In this document: positions 35,632 through 45,650 of the stretch, piece after piece | Numbering within the stretch: the first letter of the stretch is position 1 | Layout: every line of letters begins with the position of its first letter | Origin: a virus | Taxonomy: Duplodnaviria; Caudoviricetes | Strand: one strand, 5' to 3' | DNA: 54,860 nucleotides | Virus record (IMG/VR): IMGVR_UViG_3300025875_000032 | Coordinates: 1-54,860 of that record | Made by a program: the position numbers and the translations under genes | The notes under the pieces: generated by a model | Databases searched by the model: none | What the model was told of the DNA's origin: nothing | The model's input: only the letters and a program-made list of their open reading frames with translations

Positions 35632-36978
35632 GTGACCGTTCGCAACCCGCCGTCGTTCCTCCAGGGGATCGTCGACACGGACCTAGGGCACTCCGCGCAG
35701 AACGACCGCCTCACGATCCACGCCGTGTGGCTGCCCGGCGCCGATCCGCTGTCCGCCCGCTCGGGGATCATCCCCGCCCCGGCCGGCGGGATGGGCGAGG
35801 TGACGCTCCTGTCGGACGCACTGGCCCGCGTCGCCCCGTTCCGCGCCGTCCTCCAGGGCACCCGCAACGACACGCAGGGGCAGTACGTCACCGTCAACGA
35901 TGCCGACCTGGACCTCCCGCTCACGGAGCAGGAGGCCGGCGTCGCCCGCCTGGACCTCCTCGTGGTCACCGTCCGCGACGCGCAGTACGCCCCCGACACC
36001 CTCGACGACGGGGACGTGGTCGTTGTCCGGGGCGACCCGGCCGTGACCGACCCGGTCCCGCCGATCCTGGACGGACCCGACCTCGGGAACTACCTCGTAC
36101 TAGGGACGTTCACCGTCCCCCCACCCGGGACGCCCGTCACGTTCGCGCCCGCCCCCGACCTGCTGACCGTGCCCGTCGGCGGAATCCTGCCCGTCACGAA
36201 CGACGACCTCGCGACCCGCGTCCCCCCCGCGTACGAGGGGCAGTACCGCGACCTCGGCGGTCGCCTGTCCCGCGCGACCGCCGGCGGGTGGGCCGGGACC
36301 GTCCCGAAATACTGGGGCTACTACGAGTCCCCGGTCGAGGCGGACTGGCCGACGATCGCGCAGGGCGCGCAGTACGGCGACACCCTCCACTCCCGGTGGC
36401 ACGAGTGCGCGTTCGTGTACGGCACCTCCTCGACGTGGCGGCAGGTCAACGTCACTCAGTCGTCGAACCCGCAGACCACGAAGACGAACATCGAGTCCCG
36501 GGGCGGGAGCCTCCACAACGGGTTCCTGATCTTCGACACGGCTCGCGATCGCCTGTGGGTCTCCGACGGCGTTATCCCCTCGGCGGGCATGTCTCCCGCC
36601 GGCGGGAAGGTGGGCGCGTGGCAGTCGAACGTCACCGCCCTCGCCGGGTGGACCGTCACCGGGTCGTTCTCCAACCTCGGTAACGGCATGGCCCGCGTGT
36701 ACCTGGACGCGACTAAGACGGGTAGCGCCCTCACCGTTACCGCGACCGGGGACATAGGCAACATCGGCATGGCGAACCTGCCCGTCGGGTGGGAGTCGGA
36801 GGTCGCGACGCCGCTCTCGACTGCCGCGTTCGGTCGTATGGCGATGGGCGGAATCGGCACCGGCTCGCGGGGGATCACCCTCGCCGCCGTCGCGCCCGGG
36901 TCGAACATCGCGGTCGGCGAGATCATCCAACTCGCCGGCGTCTACCCGCTGAACAACCCGTTCGGGCTGCTCGTGTAG
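35632..36978 (+). CDS. minor tail / receptor-binding protein
   Basis: QG.Y..ND, R.DL.V..VRD..Y, G.P...PV.P N-terminus; beta-rich C-terminus. Confidence 0.7.
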   Translation: MTVRNPPSFLQGIVDTDLGHSAQNDRLTIHAVWLPGADPLSARSGIIPAPAGGMGEVTLLSDALARVAPFRAVLQGTRNDTQGQYVTVNDADLDLPLTEQEAGVARLDLLVVTVRDAQYAPDTLDDGDVVVVRGDPAVTDPVPPILDGPDLGNYLVLGTFTVPPPGTPVTFAPAPDLLTVPVGGILPVTNDDLATRVPPAYEGQYRDLGGRLSRATAGGWAGTVPKYWGYYESPVEADWPTIAQGAQYGDTLHSRWHECAFVYGTSSTWRQVNVTQSSNPQTTKTNIESRGGSLHNGFLIFDTARDRLWVSDGVIPSAGMSPAGGKVGAWQSNVTALAGWTVTGSFSNLGNGMARVYLDATKTGSALTVTATGDIGNIGMANLPVGWESEVATPLSTAAFGRMAMGGIGTGSRGITLAAVAPGSNIAVGEIIQLAGVYPLNNPFGLLV

Positions 36979-36980
36979 CG

Positions 36981-37379
36981 ATGCCCCCCTCGACCCGCAA
37001 GCCGACCACGCCCCCGGGGAAGCTGAACGCGAGTCCAGCTCCACCCGCCGTCGCCGCCGCCGCACCGATCAGGAGACCCGCCGTGCCCACCTCCTCCACC
37101 TGGGGACGCCTCCGCGAGGCACCCGCGCCCGCCCGCGTCCGGTTCCGGTTCCCGTGGGAGGAGACCGACACCGAAGCGACGTACGTCCGTCCCGGATACC
37201 TGTCCGGGTGGCGCGAGGTCGAGGGCGAGGAGTCGGTCGAGGTGTGGGTCCACGTCGTCGACTACGGCGGAGAGGTCGGCGAGCAGGAGACCGCGTTCCC
37301 CGTGACTGCCCCCGTCGAGCTGCTCGACGACACGACTCCGGCCGCGCCCGCGACCGGAACGACAGGAGGAGCACAGTGA
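36981..37379 (+). CDS. hypothetical protein (alternative start 37083)
   Basis: Coding-like; AGGAG before GTG 37083. Confidence 0.6.
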   Translation: MPPSTRKPTTPPGKLNASPAPPAVAAAAPIRRPAVPTSSTWGRLREAPAPARVRFRFPWEETDTEATYVRPGYLSGWREVEGEESVEVWVHVVDYGGEVGEQETAFPVTAPVELLDDTTPAAPATGTTGGAQ

Positions 37380-37546
37380 CCCGACCGACGTTCACCGGCC
37401 CGGACGGCGCCGAGTACGAGTACGCCGACCCGAACGACTCCCCGAGCATGGACGAGGTCGACTCGACCTCGGTCCCGCCCGTCGAGGGCGCCCCCGAGGA
37501 CCCCGTCGACGTGGCCGGCGAGTCCACGCCCCCCGAGGAGGTCTGA
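37376..37546 (+). CDS. small acidic protein
   Basis: AGGAGG RBS; GTGA overlap. Confidence 0.55.
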   Translation: MTRPTFTGPDGAEYEYADPNDSPSMDEVDSTSVPPVEGAPEDPVDVAGESTPPEEV

Positions 37547-37548
37547 CC

Positions 37549-38364
37549 GTGGCGACCTGCCAGAACGGGTGGCCGACGATCGACGCCGCGTCGGGCGTCG
37601 GCCGGTACACGATCCCCGGCACCTCGTACGCCGTGACCTGCCGGCCGGGCGACTCGTCCGTGATCCTGCTCGACTGGCTCGGGTTCGTTCACGCCGAGGT
37701 CGAGCCGCTCCTCGTGCCTGGCGTGTGGGGATGGGCGGTCCGCAACGTGCGCGGGTCGTCCTCGGAGTTGTCGAACCACTCCGGGGGGGACGCCGTCGAC
37801 GCCTCCGCGCCCCGGCACCCGCTCGCTACCGGGCTGGAGACGTGGAAGCCGCACCCGCAGTCCGTCCAGCGGATCAGGCGCCGGATCGCCGCGTACAACG
37901 CGGCAGCGCCCGGCGTGTTCCGGTGGGGCGGGGACTACACGGGCCGACTCGACTCGATGCACGGCGAACTCCTCGGCACCGTCGCGACCCGGAAGCGCCT
38001 CGCCGACGCGATTCGGCAGGGCCGGCTCCCCGGCGAGCGGTCGTACCTCGTCGGGCAGGCGCCGATCGGGGGCAGCGCACCCGCGCCCGCGCCCGCCCCC
38101 GCCCCGGCCGCGACCGGTTCGGCCGCCCTCCCGTCCCTCCGCGCCGGGCAGACCTCCGACGCGGTGCGCCGGCTCGGGGAGTTCCTCGTCCGCACCTTCC
38201 CCGCGTACGCGAAGTTCCGGCCGAACGGGCACTACGGGCCGGCGACGACTGCCGCCGTCCGCGAGTTCCAGCGCCGGAGCGGGATCACCGGCTCCGACGC
38301 CGATGGGACGATCGTCGGGCCGCGCACTCACGCCGCCCTGTGGCGCCACGGGTGGCGCGGGTAG
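37549..38364 (+). CDS. endolysin: M15 peptidase plus peptidoglycan-binding domain
   Basis: QNGW, R.VRG....SNH.GG.AVD, WGGDY....D.MH.E; G.YGP.T..AVREFQ...G...DG.IVGP.T..AL. Confidence 0.9.
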   Translation: MATCQNGWPTIDAASGVGRYTIPGTSYAVTCRPGDSSVILLDWLGFVHAEVEPLLVPGVWGWAVRNVRGSSSELSNHSGGDAVDASAPRHPLATGLETWKPHPQSVQRIRRRIAAYNAAAPGVFRWGGDYTGRLDSMHGELLGTVATRKRLADAIRQGRLPGERSYLVGQAPIGGSAPAPAPAPAPAATGSAALPSLRAGQTSDAVRRLGEFLVRTFPAYAKFRPNGHYGPATTAAVREFQRRSGITGSDADGTIVGPRTHAALWRHGWRG

Positions 38365-38412
38365 GCCGTGACTGATCCGACCTCGGCGACCGGGACGGCG
38401 TCCTGGAGGGCG

Positions 38413-38835
38413 CTACCGCAGGCGCTCACAGTCCCGACAGTGGCGCTCGACGTAGCCTCGCCGGTCGATCCGCGTCCGCGTGTTCTCCGGCGTGCGCTCG
38501 TGCCCGCGTCGGCACCGTTCCTTGCGGAGCCGGTCGCGCTCGACGGCGTCCGCGACGTTCGTCGCCTGATCCCCGGAGCGGAGGTGCGACACGTAGTTGA
38601 CGCACAAGGGCGTGTCGCAGGAGTGGAGCGCGTCCTCGTCGTCTCGCAGCGGACGCCCGAGCCGCAGCTCCAGGGCGAACCGGTGGACGTACACCTGTCG
38701 CCGTCCGCCGATCCGCAAGCGCCCGTACCCTTTCGCGCTCGGCTCACCTCTCCACAGCCAGCACTCGTCGTCGGCGCCCCGGACGAACCCGGCGAGGAAG
38801 CGGTCGAGCGGGGACAGGGCGTTAGGCGTGGGCAC
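38413..38835 (-). CDS. HNH endonuclease
   Basis: CWLW.G...GYG, HR, HSCDTPLCVN..HL..G...N; own -10 TAACGT 7 nt upstream. Confidence 0.9.
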   Translation of the reverse strand: MPTPNALSPLDRFLAGFVRGADDECWLWRGEPSAKGYGRLRIGGRRQVYVHRFALELRLGRPLRDDEDALHSCDTPLCVNYVSHLRSGDQATNVADAVERDRLRKERCRRGHERTPENTRTRIDRRGYVERHCRDCERLR

Positions 38836-38870
38836 TCGCAGAACGTTACCTCTACCGAGGGGGAGGGGCA

Positions 38871-40022
38871 GTGACCGAGCCCGCGACAGGCTCCGCGAGT
38901 TGGCGCTACACCTTCTGCGACCTCCTCACCGACGACCCGATCGCCGTCCTCCCCCTCCGCGACGCCGACCTGACCGAGACGATCGGCGAGGCCGGACCCG
39001 GCCGGGCACGAGTACAGCTCGACTCCGAGCACGCCCGCGTCCACGACGTGTGGGGCTCCACGACGCCCCGGCGGACGATCTGCTACGCGCAGCGCGTCGT
39101 CCGCCGGGCCGGCGTCGAGGTCGCCGCCCCCGTCCTGTGGCACGGGATCGTGTGGGGCAGGACCCGCTCCGGCCGCGACCTGTCCCTGATCATGGCGACG
39201 CCCGAGTCGTACTACGCGCACCGGCTCGTCCGGTGGGACCGCACGTACCGCCGGTGGGACGACGCCCGGATGCTCCGCGACGTGTTCCAACGCGCCGAGG
39301 CGACGCCGTCGGGCGGGCTCGGGCTCCGGTACACCGATACCCTCGCCGGCGTCGTCTCCGACCGAACCCTCCTCGCCGAGGACCTCCGGACCGTGCTGGA
39401 GACCGCGACCTCGATCGCGCAGGGGGGCGCCGGGCTGGACTGGAGAATCCGGCCCGGGATCGACCCGGCGACCGGCCGGTTCACGAAAACGCTAGAGGTC
39501 GCCCCCCGCCTCGGCCGCGTCGGCGTCCCCGAACTCCGCTGGCAGACCTCCTCCCGAGGGCGCGCCCCTAACGAGGTGATCGCCTACACGTACGAGGAGG
39601 ACGGGACCGGCGTCGCGAACCTCGTCGTCGGGCTCGGCGCCGGGCAGCCACCCGAGCAGCTCCGCTCGACCGCGACCGCCGCGCAGCTCGGGATCAACGA
39701 GATTGCGCTCGGGTGGCCGCTGCTGGAGCGGCAGTACAGCGGCGGGGAGGAGCTAAAGCAGCAGGCGACCCTCGACCGGCACACGCTCGGCGTCCTCGCC
39801 GCCGGGTACGGGGCAGAACGGCGAGTGACCGGGCTCACCGTGCGCGGGGACCTGTCCCCGACCCTCGACCGGTACGGGCTCGGCGACGAGGTCCGCCTCG
39901 ACCTCGACGACCCGCTCCAGCCCGACCCGACGGCCGTCCTCGGCCGGGTCGTGACCCGCCGTATCGCCCCCGGGCAGCCCGGCCGGACCGAGCGGGTCGC
40001 GATGGAACTCGGGGAGACCTGA
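38871..40022 (+). CDS. minor tail protein (baseplate hub/Tal-like)
   Basis: WRY.FCDLLT.....LP, LW.G.VW, Y.LGD.V motifs. Confidence 0.75.
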   Translation: MTEPATGSASWRYTFCDLLTDDPIAVLPLRDADLTETIGEAGPGRARVQLDSEHARVHDVWGSTTPRRTICYAQRVVRRAGVEVAAPVLWHGIVWGRTRSGRDLSLIMATPESYYAHRLVRWDRTYRRWDDARMLRDVFQRAEATPSGGLGLRYTDTLAGVVSDRTLLAEDLRTVLETATSIAQGGAGLDWRIRPGIDPATGRFTKTLEVAPRLGRVGVPELRWQTSSRGRAPNEVIAYTYEEDGTGVANLVVGLGAGQPPEQLRSTATAAQLGINEIALGWPLLERQYSGGEELKQQATLDRHTLGVLAAGYGAERRVTGLTVRGDLSPTLDRYGLGDEVRLDLDDPLQPDPTAVLGRVVTRRIAPGQPGRTERVAMELGET

Positions 40023-40558
40023 TGCACACACCGCCCGACACCTCGGCCGAACGCCGGCTCCTGGAGCTGAACCGGGCAGTCGACGGGTTGCGCGCTGCCG
40101 GCGTCGCCGCTGCCGGCCGCCGCTCCGCCGACGCCGACGCCGCCCTCGTCGTCTCCTCCGTCGCGTGGGTCGCCGACGCCGCCGGCCCGGCCGTGACCGT
40201 CCGCGTCGGAACCTCCGGCGCGCTCGCCGTCACCCTGTCCGCCCGGCTCGTGTCGACCGCCCCCCGCGTGTTCTACGGCTGCCGGATCGTCGGACCGTAC
40301 GTCGACGAGGCGCTGACCGAGCCCCTCGACACCTCGACCGCCGGCCCGGACGAGCCCCCCGCCCCGGCGACACCGCAGAACGTCGTCGAGCCCGCCGACC
40401 GCGCCGCCCTCACGACCGGCCCGGGTGACGTGTCCGCGTCCCTCGTCCGCGAGTACACGGGGCTCCCGGCGGGTTGGTACCGGGTCGAGTCCCGGTACCG
40501 GGTGACCTCGGCGACCGGGACCGTCCAGTACCGGCAGATCGCCGCCGCGCCCCGGTAG
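40022..40558 (+). CDS. minor tail protein
   Basis: Short coiled-coil N-terminus then beta-rich domain; coupled to previous gene. Confidence 0.55.
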   Translation: MHTPPDTSAERRLLELNRAVDGLRAAGVAAAGRRSADADAALVVSSVAWVADAAGPAVTVRVGTSGALAVTLSARLVSTAPRVFYGCRIVGPYVDEALTEPLDTSTAGPDEPPAPATPQNVVEPADRAALTTGPGDVSASLVREYTGLPAGWYRVESRYRVTSATGTVQYRQIAAAPR

Positions 40559-40598
40559 GGTCCGCGTCGGCCGGGGCGGAGGGGAACCACCCCGGCCG

Positions 40599-40976
40599 TC
40601 ACGCGATCGGCAGGACGCCCCCGTCGTCGAGTAGGAACACGAACCCGAGCCCGGCGATCCGGACCGGGATCGAGGCGGGCTCGTCGACGTTGCTCGACAC
40701 GAGCAGCCCGAGAGGCCGGGACCACTCCGGCGACCCGTGGACGGAGCGGCCGGCGACGCCGTCGAGGAGGAGTCCCGGCGCCCCGAAGTTGTGGACCCGC
40801 GCGAGCAGCGCCACGACGTTCGACGGCGCCTGCTGGTTCGCCCTGCTCGTCCCCCCGCGACCGCCCGGCCGCCGATGGTGCAACGCGTCACGGTCCCAAT
40901 CGAGGGGGAGGCCCGTCACGGCACAAAGGCCGCGCTGCCTCTCCCATGCCAGCTCGCGTAGCTCGCGCATCCTCAC
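40599..40976 (-). CDS. HNH-like endonuclease
   Basis: R.RG.C, LHHRR..G.GG, SN...L...HN, VH..PE.S...GLLV. Confidence 0.7.
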   Translation of the reverse strand: MRMRELRELAWERQRGLCAVTGLPLDWDRDALHHRRPGGRGGTSRANQQAPSNVVALLARVHNFGAPGLLLDGVAGRSVHGSPEWSRPLGLLVSSNVDEPASIPVRIAGLGFVFLLDDGGVLPIA

Positions 40977-41422
40977 CGGGCGCGCCGCTTGGCGTCGTGT
41001 CGCGCGTTGGCCGCCGTCCGGCAGGCTCGGCACTCGCGCTCGCCGCGCGGGTTCACGTACAGGTTGTCCCCGTCGAGCGGGTGCCCTTCCCGCGCGCAAT
41101 GAGTCTTGCGCCGGTTCACCTGCCACGGCGACTCGCCCCGCCGCAGATTGACCCGGCCCGTTACGACCTCCGTGTCCGCCGGGTTGGCACAGTGGCGCAC
41201 CCGGCACCGGTGGTCGAGCTGTCGGTCGGCGGGGATCGGCCCGACGAGCGCCTCGCGGACGACGCGATGCACGTACTCCGATCGGCCCTCGTGGCTAACC
41301 TTCCCGTATCCGTTGGTCGACAGGCAGCCCGTCCACTCCCAGCAGCCCGACGGCGATACCCGGAGCTTGCGCCAGATGCGCTCGGGGATGCGTGGGTCGC
41401 CGAACGCGACGGGCGTACTCAT
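40973..41422 (-). CDS. HNH endonuclease
   Basis: CWEWTG....GYG, HR, LDH.CR.R.C.NP..E.VT..N, KTHC..GH; -10 TAGTGT 7 nt upstream. Confidence 0.9.
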   Translation of the reverse strand: MSTPVAFGDPRIPERIWRKLRVSPSGCWEWTGCLSTNGYGKVSHEGRSEYVHRVVREALVGPIPADRQLDHRCRVRHCANPADTEVVTGRVNLRRGESPWQVNRRKTHCAREGHPLDGDNLYVNPRGERECRACRTAANARHDAKRRAR

Positions 41423-41558
41423 AGGTGCCACACTAGCTCACAGGTTGCCACCCGCCGTCGAGGTCGCCGAGGGGCGCACCGGTGACCGCGCATCGGCCGT
41501 CCTGCCGCTCCCACGCGACCCGCCGCAACTCTCCCGAGCGCATCGTCCCCGCACCTCC

Positions 41559-41597
41559 GGTTCGCCGTGTATAAATAGGCGGTAAGTATCCCACGTC
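41559..41597 (+). promoter_or_regulatory. conserved phage promoter element
   Basis: GGTTCGCCGTGTATAAATA...TCCCACGTC; preceded by CGCCGCAACTC at 41521. Confidence 0.85.
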
Positions 41598-41609
41598 CGA
41601 GGAGGTCCT

Positions 41610-41828
41610 ATGTCCGACACCGCCCGCCCGTTGCGCGCGGGTCGCCCGCCGACGGTCGAGGGGGGGCTGTCGATGCGCTGGTGGCTGTACGTCAACCCGG
41701 ACGCCCGCCGCCTCGCCGAGGAGCGCGCCGCCCGCGAGGGCGTCGAGCTGCCCGTCGTGCTCCGCGCCTACCTCGACGCGTACGCCGCCGGCTCGATCCC
41801 CGCAGCTCCCCCCGCCCTGGAGGCATGA
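41610..41828 (+). CDS. ribbon-helix-helix-like DNA-binding protein
   Basis: GRP...LYV......A..RA..EG..L..VLR.YL..Y. Confidence 0.6.
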   Translation: MSDTARPLRAGRPPTVEGGLSMRWWLYVNPDARRLAEERAAREGVELPVVLRAYLDAYAAGSIPAAPPALEA

Positions 41829-42745
41829 TGCCCGCGCAGACCCGCACCCGACCCGAGCCCGCCGGCGAACCGCCGCCGACGACGATCGACACGCCCCCGA
41901 CGCCCGTCGAGGACCTCCCCGCCGGCGACCCGCCGGCGCCCGAGCCGGACGACGCCGCCCGAGAGGACCTCGACCGCGTCCTCGACGAGCCGCCGTTCGC
42001 CGGACCCGTGTTCGGCGCCTCCAGTCCGAACCCGGCGCACACGTTCCAACCCGGCTCCGCGATGCTCGGCGGGTCCCCCGGCGACGATCCCCGCGACGAC
42101 TACCCGCTCACCGCTGCCGAGGCGCTCGCCGAGGTGTTCCGTCGGGTCCAGCCCATCGCGAAGGGCAGGCAGGCGGAGCAGAAGGCCGGCGGGTACTCGT
42201 TCCGGGGGATCGACGACGTGTACGCCGCCCTCCACGACCTGTTCGCCGAGGTCGGGCTCGTCGTCCTCCCCTCGACCCTGGACCGCGAGCGCGAGCAGCG
42301 CCCCCGCTCCTCGGGCGCCGGGTACAACTACGTGACGCACGTACACGTCCGCCTCCGGTTCCTCGCGCAGGACGGCAGCTCCGAGGAGCTGGACGGGTGG
42401 GGCGAGGGCGCCGACACCGGGGACAAGAGCACCGGGAAGGCGTACAGCCAGGCGATCAAGAGCGCGCTACTCGCCGCGTTCCTAATCCCGACGGAGGCGT
42501 CCGCGTCCGACGACCCGGACCGCACGAACTCTGAGGCGTCCCGACCGTTCTCCGCCGAGGAGGTCAAGCGCGCCGAGAACGCCCTCGCCGCCGCGCTCGC
42601 GACGACGACCGTCGAGGAGCTGGCCGGCGTCCGGCACCGTGCCCTCCAGCTCCTCGACGTGCCCGTGCCGATGGTCAACGGCGACGCCGCCCCGCTCGGG
42701 TACCTGATCGACGAGCGGCGCCGCAGGATCGAGTCCGGCTCGTGA
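41825..42745 (+). CDS. ERF-family single-strand annealing protein
   Basis: Y.FRGIDDV, GEG.D.GDK...KA.S.A.K..LL..F.IPT. Confidence 0.88.
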   Translation: MMPAQTRTRPEPAGEPPPTTIDTPPTPVEDLPAGDPPAPEPDDAAREDLDRVLDEPPFAGPVFGASSPNPAHTFQPGSAMLGGSPGDDPRDDYPLTAAEALAEVFRRVQPIAKGRQAEQKAGGYSFRGIDDVYAALHDLFAEVGLVVLPSTLDREREQRPRSSGAGYNYVTHVHVRLRFLAQDGSSEELDGWGEGADTGDKSTGKAYSQAIKSALLAAFLIPTEASASDDPDRTNSEASRPFSAEEVKRAENALAAALATTTVEELAGVRHRALQLLDVPVPMVNGDAAPLGYLIDERRRRIESGS

Positions 42746-43488
42746 GCGCGGACGACCCGGCGTACGGCGACCTCGACCGGCCGGACGACGTGCTCGACGA
42801 CGAGCAGTCCGAGTCCCTCCTCCTCGTCGAGCAGCGCCCCGACGGGACCCTCGGACTCGTCGGCGAGCCCGCCGAGGGGACGATCGGGCTCGCCGAGGAG
42901 CTGCCGGACGGGACGATGCCCGACGGGTCGGCCGCCCCGTCCTGCTCGCACCCGGCGCCGGACCGCCGGCTCGTCGACGGCGAGCAGGTCTGCTCCGCGT
43001 GTTGGGAGGTCGTCTCCGTCCCGCAGGCGATCGTCCCCCGCGACCGGCCGGGCGCCGTCGACCCGACCGCCCGAGAGGGCGACGCCCGCTCGACCGGGGG
43101 GCTCCGGCACATCACGACAAACCCGGACGCGACCTCCCGCCCGTACACGCCCGAGGAGGTCGAGCGCGAGATCGTCGACACGCTCGACCGGATCGAACGG
43201 GGCGCCGGGTTCCTGACCACGAAAGAGGAGCAGCGGGGCGCCGCGAAACTCGCGTACGACCTCGCGCACGCCCGCGCGCTGCTCCGCTCGACCGCCCGCT
43301 CGGCGGAGGGTCGGGAGGCGGAGGCGATCATCGCCTGCCAGGAGGAGTACGAGCAGTGGCAGCTCCTGGAGCTGACCTGCCGCACGGCGCGCGAGGGGAT
43401 GCACAACCTCCGGGCGAAGCTGTCCGGGACGCAGTCCGTCCTCCGCTCCGTCGGCGACGCGCTCCGGGGCGGGGGCGGGTACCGGTGA
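42742..43488 (+). CDS. hypothetical protein with coiled-coil C-terminus
   Basis: TP.EVE..I...AY..A.A.A...L...L...QS...SV pattern. Confidence 0.65.
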   Translation: MSADDPAYGDLDRPDDVLDDEQSESLLLVEQRPDGTLGLVGEPAEGTIGLAEELPDGTMPDGSAAPSCSHPAPDRRLVDGEQVCSACWEVVSVPQAIVPRDRPGAVDPTAREGDARSTGGLRHITTNPDATSRPYTPEEVEREIVDTLDRIERGAGFLTTKEEQRGAAKLAYDLAHARALLRSTARSAEGREAEAIIACQEEYEQWQLLELTCRTAREGMHNLRAKLSGTQSVLRSVGDALRGGGGYR

Positions 43489-44090
43489 CCGCGCCCGAGC
43501 AGCAGCGCGACGCCGACCGCGCCGAGGTCCGCCGCGAGCTGGACGAGGAGCGGATCGCGCAGGCGCGGGGGCTCCCGACGTACGAGGTCCCCGCGTTCGT
43601 CGCCGAGCGGTTCCCCGCGTTCGACCCGCAGGACCCGTCGACGTGGCCCGAGCCGGACCGATGCACGAACGGGCGCCCGTGGGGACACGACGCGTACTCG
43701 TACTCGACGCCCGGCGCGCAGGAGTGGGCGGACCGCTGGACCCGGTATCTCGCCTCGATCGACCGGCCGCCGAACCGGTACGCGGTCGCCGACCGCTGCC
43801 GGAATCGGTGGAAAGACGAGGAGTCTCGGCTATGCGGGACGCACGTCAAGCCGTGGCGCGAGGGGATCGAGACCGCCCGGAAGCGCCTCGCCCGCAACGC
43901 CCGCGAGCTGGAGCATCTCGACCTCGCCCGGCAGATCGCCGCGTACGGGATCGAGGCGGACGGGTTCTCGGACTCCGTCCGCCTCCAGGCCGACGCCGTC
44001 CGGGCGCTCCTCTGCATTCTCGCCTCGGCTGCCGAGGATCGCGAGCGGGTCGAGGAGTACGAGAACCCGCTCCGGGACGCCCCCCGGTGA
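43485..44090 (+). CDS. hypothetical protein
   Basis: GTGA-coupled; C...RC.....LC..H. Confidence 0.65.
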   Translation: MTAPEQQRDADRAEVRRELDEERIAQARGLPTYEVPAFVAERFPAFDPQDPSTWPEPDRCTNGRPWGHDAYSYSTPGAQEWADRWTRYLASIDRPPNRYAVADRCRNRWKDEESRLCGTHVKPWREGIETARKRLARNARELEHLDLARQIAAYGIEADGFSDSVRLQADAVRALLCILASAAEDRERVEEYENPLRDAPR

Positions 44091-44575
44091 GGACGGTCAC
44101 GCCGGCTCCTGTCCGGTTCGCCGCCTACGTCGACACCTCGGGCGGTCCCGACGCCTGCCACCCGTGGACCGGCGGTAAGACGAGGCAGGGGTACGGCGGG
44201 TTCCACCCGACGAAGGGGACAACGGTCCTCGCGCACCGGTTCGCGTGGGAGCTGGAGAACGGTCCGGTCCCCGAGGGCGCGCACGTCGACCACGTCTGCC
44301 ACAACGGGACGGGCTGCCCGCCCGGCCCATGTTCGCATCGGCTTTGTTGCAACGTCCGGCACCTGGACCCGACGACGCCGGCCGACAACGTCGACCGCTC
44401 GCACAACGCGAACGCACACAAGGTCCGATGCCCGGCCGGGCATCGGTACACCCCCGAGAACACGTACGAGCAGCGCCCCCGGAAGGTCGGAAACCGACCT
44501 CTCCGGAAGTGCCGCGAGTGCGCCCGAGAGCGCGACCGCGCTCGATCCCCACGCCGTAGGAGGCAACCCGCATGA
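44087..44575 (+). CDS. HNH endonuclease
   Basis: CHPWTG...GYG, AHR, VDH.C..HR.CCN..HL...T..DN, C..GH.Y..EN. Confidence 0.88.
   Translation: MRTVTPAPVRFAAYVDTSGGPDACHPWTGGKTRQGYGGFHPTKGTTVLAHRFAWELENGPVPEGAHVDHVCHNGTGCPPGPCSHRLCCNVRHLDPTTPADNVDRSHNANAHKVRCPAGHRYTPENTYEQRPRKVGNRPLRKCRECARERDRARSPRRRRQPA
44096..44409 (+). repeat. dispersed imperfect direct repeat, copy 1 (HNH core)
   Basis: Long identical runs shared with 46585-46901. Confidence 0.85.
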
Positions 44576-45063
44576 GTGGAGAGACAACGATCACCGTCGT
44601 CGGAAACCTGGCCGGGGACGTGGACCTCCGGTTCACGCCCTCCGGGGCGGCCGTCGCGAACTTCACCGTCGCGAGCACGCCCCGGACGTTCGACCGGCAG
44701 TCGCAGGAGTGGAAGGACGGCGAGACTCTGTGGATGCGCTGCTCCGTGTGGCGCGAGCAGGCGGAGAACGCCGCCGAGTCCCTCACGAAGGGGACCCGGG
44801 TCGTCGTGACCGGGCGCCTCACGCAGCGGTCGTGGGAGGACAAGGAGTCCGGGCAGAAGCGGACCGCCGTCGAACTCCAGGTCGACGAGGTCGCCCCGTC
44901 CCTCCGGTACGCGCAGGCGACGATCCGGAAGCAGCAGCGCAGCAGCTCCGGCGGAGGCGGGGGCGGGTTCGGCGGGGGAGGGTACGGCGGGGGAGGCGCG
45001 TCGGACCCGTGGTCGACGCCGGCGGGCGCGGGCGTTGGACACGGCGACGAGCCGCCGTTCTAG
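44572..45063 (+). CDS. ssb: single-stranded DNA-binding protein
   Basis: ITVVGNL...[20 protein letters not shown]; Gly-rich linker; DEPPF tail. Confidence 0.97.
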   Translation: MSGETTITVVGNLAGDVDLRFTPSGAAVANFTVASTPRTFDRQSQEWKDGETLWMRCSVWREQAENAAESLTKGTRVVVTGRLTQRSWEDKESGQKRTAVELQVDEVAPSLRYAQATIRKQQRSSSGGGGGGFGGGGYGGGGASDPWSTPAGAGVGHGDEPPF

Positions 45064-45091
45064 GCTGCCCGCACCGCGCCTGATCCCGCGA

Positions 45092-45137
45092 CGACGAGCC
45101 CCCGTTCTCCCCTCACCGGGAGGGCGGGGGCTCGTCG
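45092..45137 (+). terminator. hairpin after ssb
   Basis: CGACGAGCCCCCG / CGGGGGCTCGTCG. Confidence 0.7.
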
Positions 45138-45161
45138 CGTGTCCCGGCCCCCCGCTCGACC

Positions 45162-45199
45162 GGTTCGCCGTGTATAAATAGGGGGCACCGTCCCGCGCC
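45162..45199 (+). promoter_or_regulatory. conserved phage promoter element
   Basis: GGTTCGCCGTGTATAAATAGGGGGCAC..TCCCGCGCC. Confidence 0.85.
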
Positions 45200-45218
45200 T
45201 ACCCGAGGAGTCCGCCTC

Positions 45219-45650
45219 ATGCTCGACCCGCCCACGCCCGCGACGATCGTCGCGACGATCCCCCGGTGGCTCGGCCGCCGGCCGATCGCCGGCGAGACCG
45301 TCCTCGTCGGGTTCACCGACAATGACCCGGACCTCGCCGTGTGCCTCACCCTCCCGCCCGACCGTGAGCCCGTCGACGAGGTCGTCGCGATGCGGCAGCT
45401 CGTCGTCGACGGCGCCGAGGCGGTCGCGATCGTCGACCTCACCGGCTCCGAGGACCCGAGCCCGTCCCGCCTGGAGGCGACGCACCGGTTCCTCGCCGCC
45501 GCTGCCGGCCGGTACGGGCACGAGGTCCTCGGCGTCCTCGTCGTCGTTCCTCCGCAGCGCGACCGCCCGGGCTACTGGCGCAACCTGCCCGACCCGATCC
45601 GCCTCCCCCTCCCCCTGTCCTACGCACGCCCGACCGAGGAGACCTCGTGA
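45219..45650 (+). CDS. hypothetical protein
   Basis: GAGGAG RBS plus ATG. Confidence 0.7.
   Translation: MLDPPTPATIVATIPRWLGRRPIAGETVLVGFTDNDPDLAVCLTLPPDREPVDEVVAMRQLVVDGAEAVAIVDLTGSEDPSPSRLEATHRFLAAAAGRYGHEVLGVLVVVPPQRDRPGYWRNLPDPIRLPLPLSYARPTEETS

Noticed and set aside
38368-38874. Plus-strand 168-aa ORF bridging lysin and tail gene as a holin
   Set aside because: No TM segments; the antisense frame has clear HNH motifs and its own -10
10760-45199. Repeated TATAAATA elements as a CRISPR array
   Set aside because: Copies are dispersed kilobases apart upstream of genes; no spacer periodicity or cas genes
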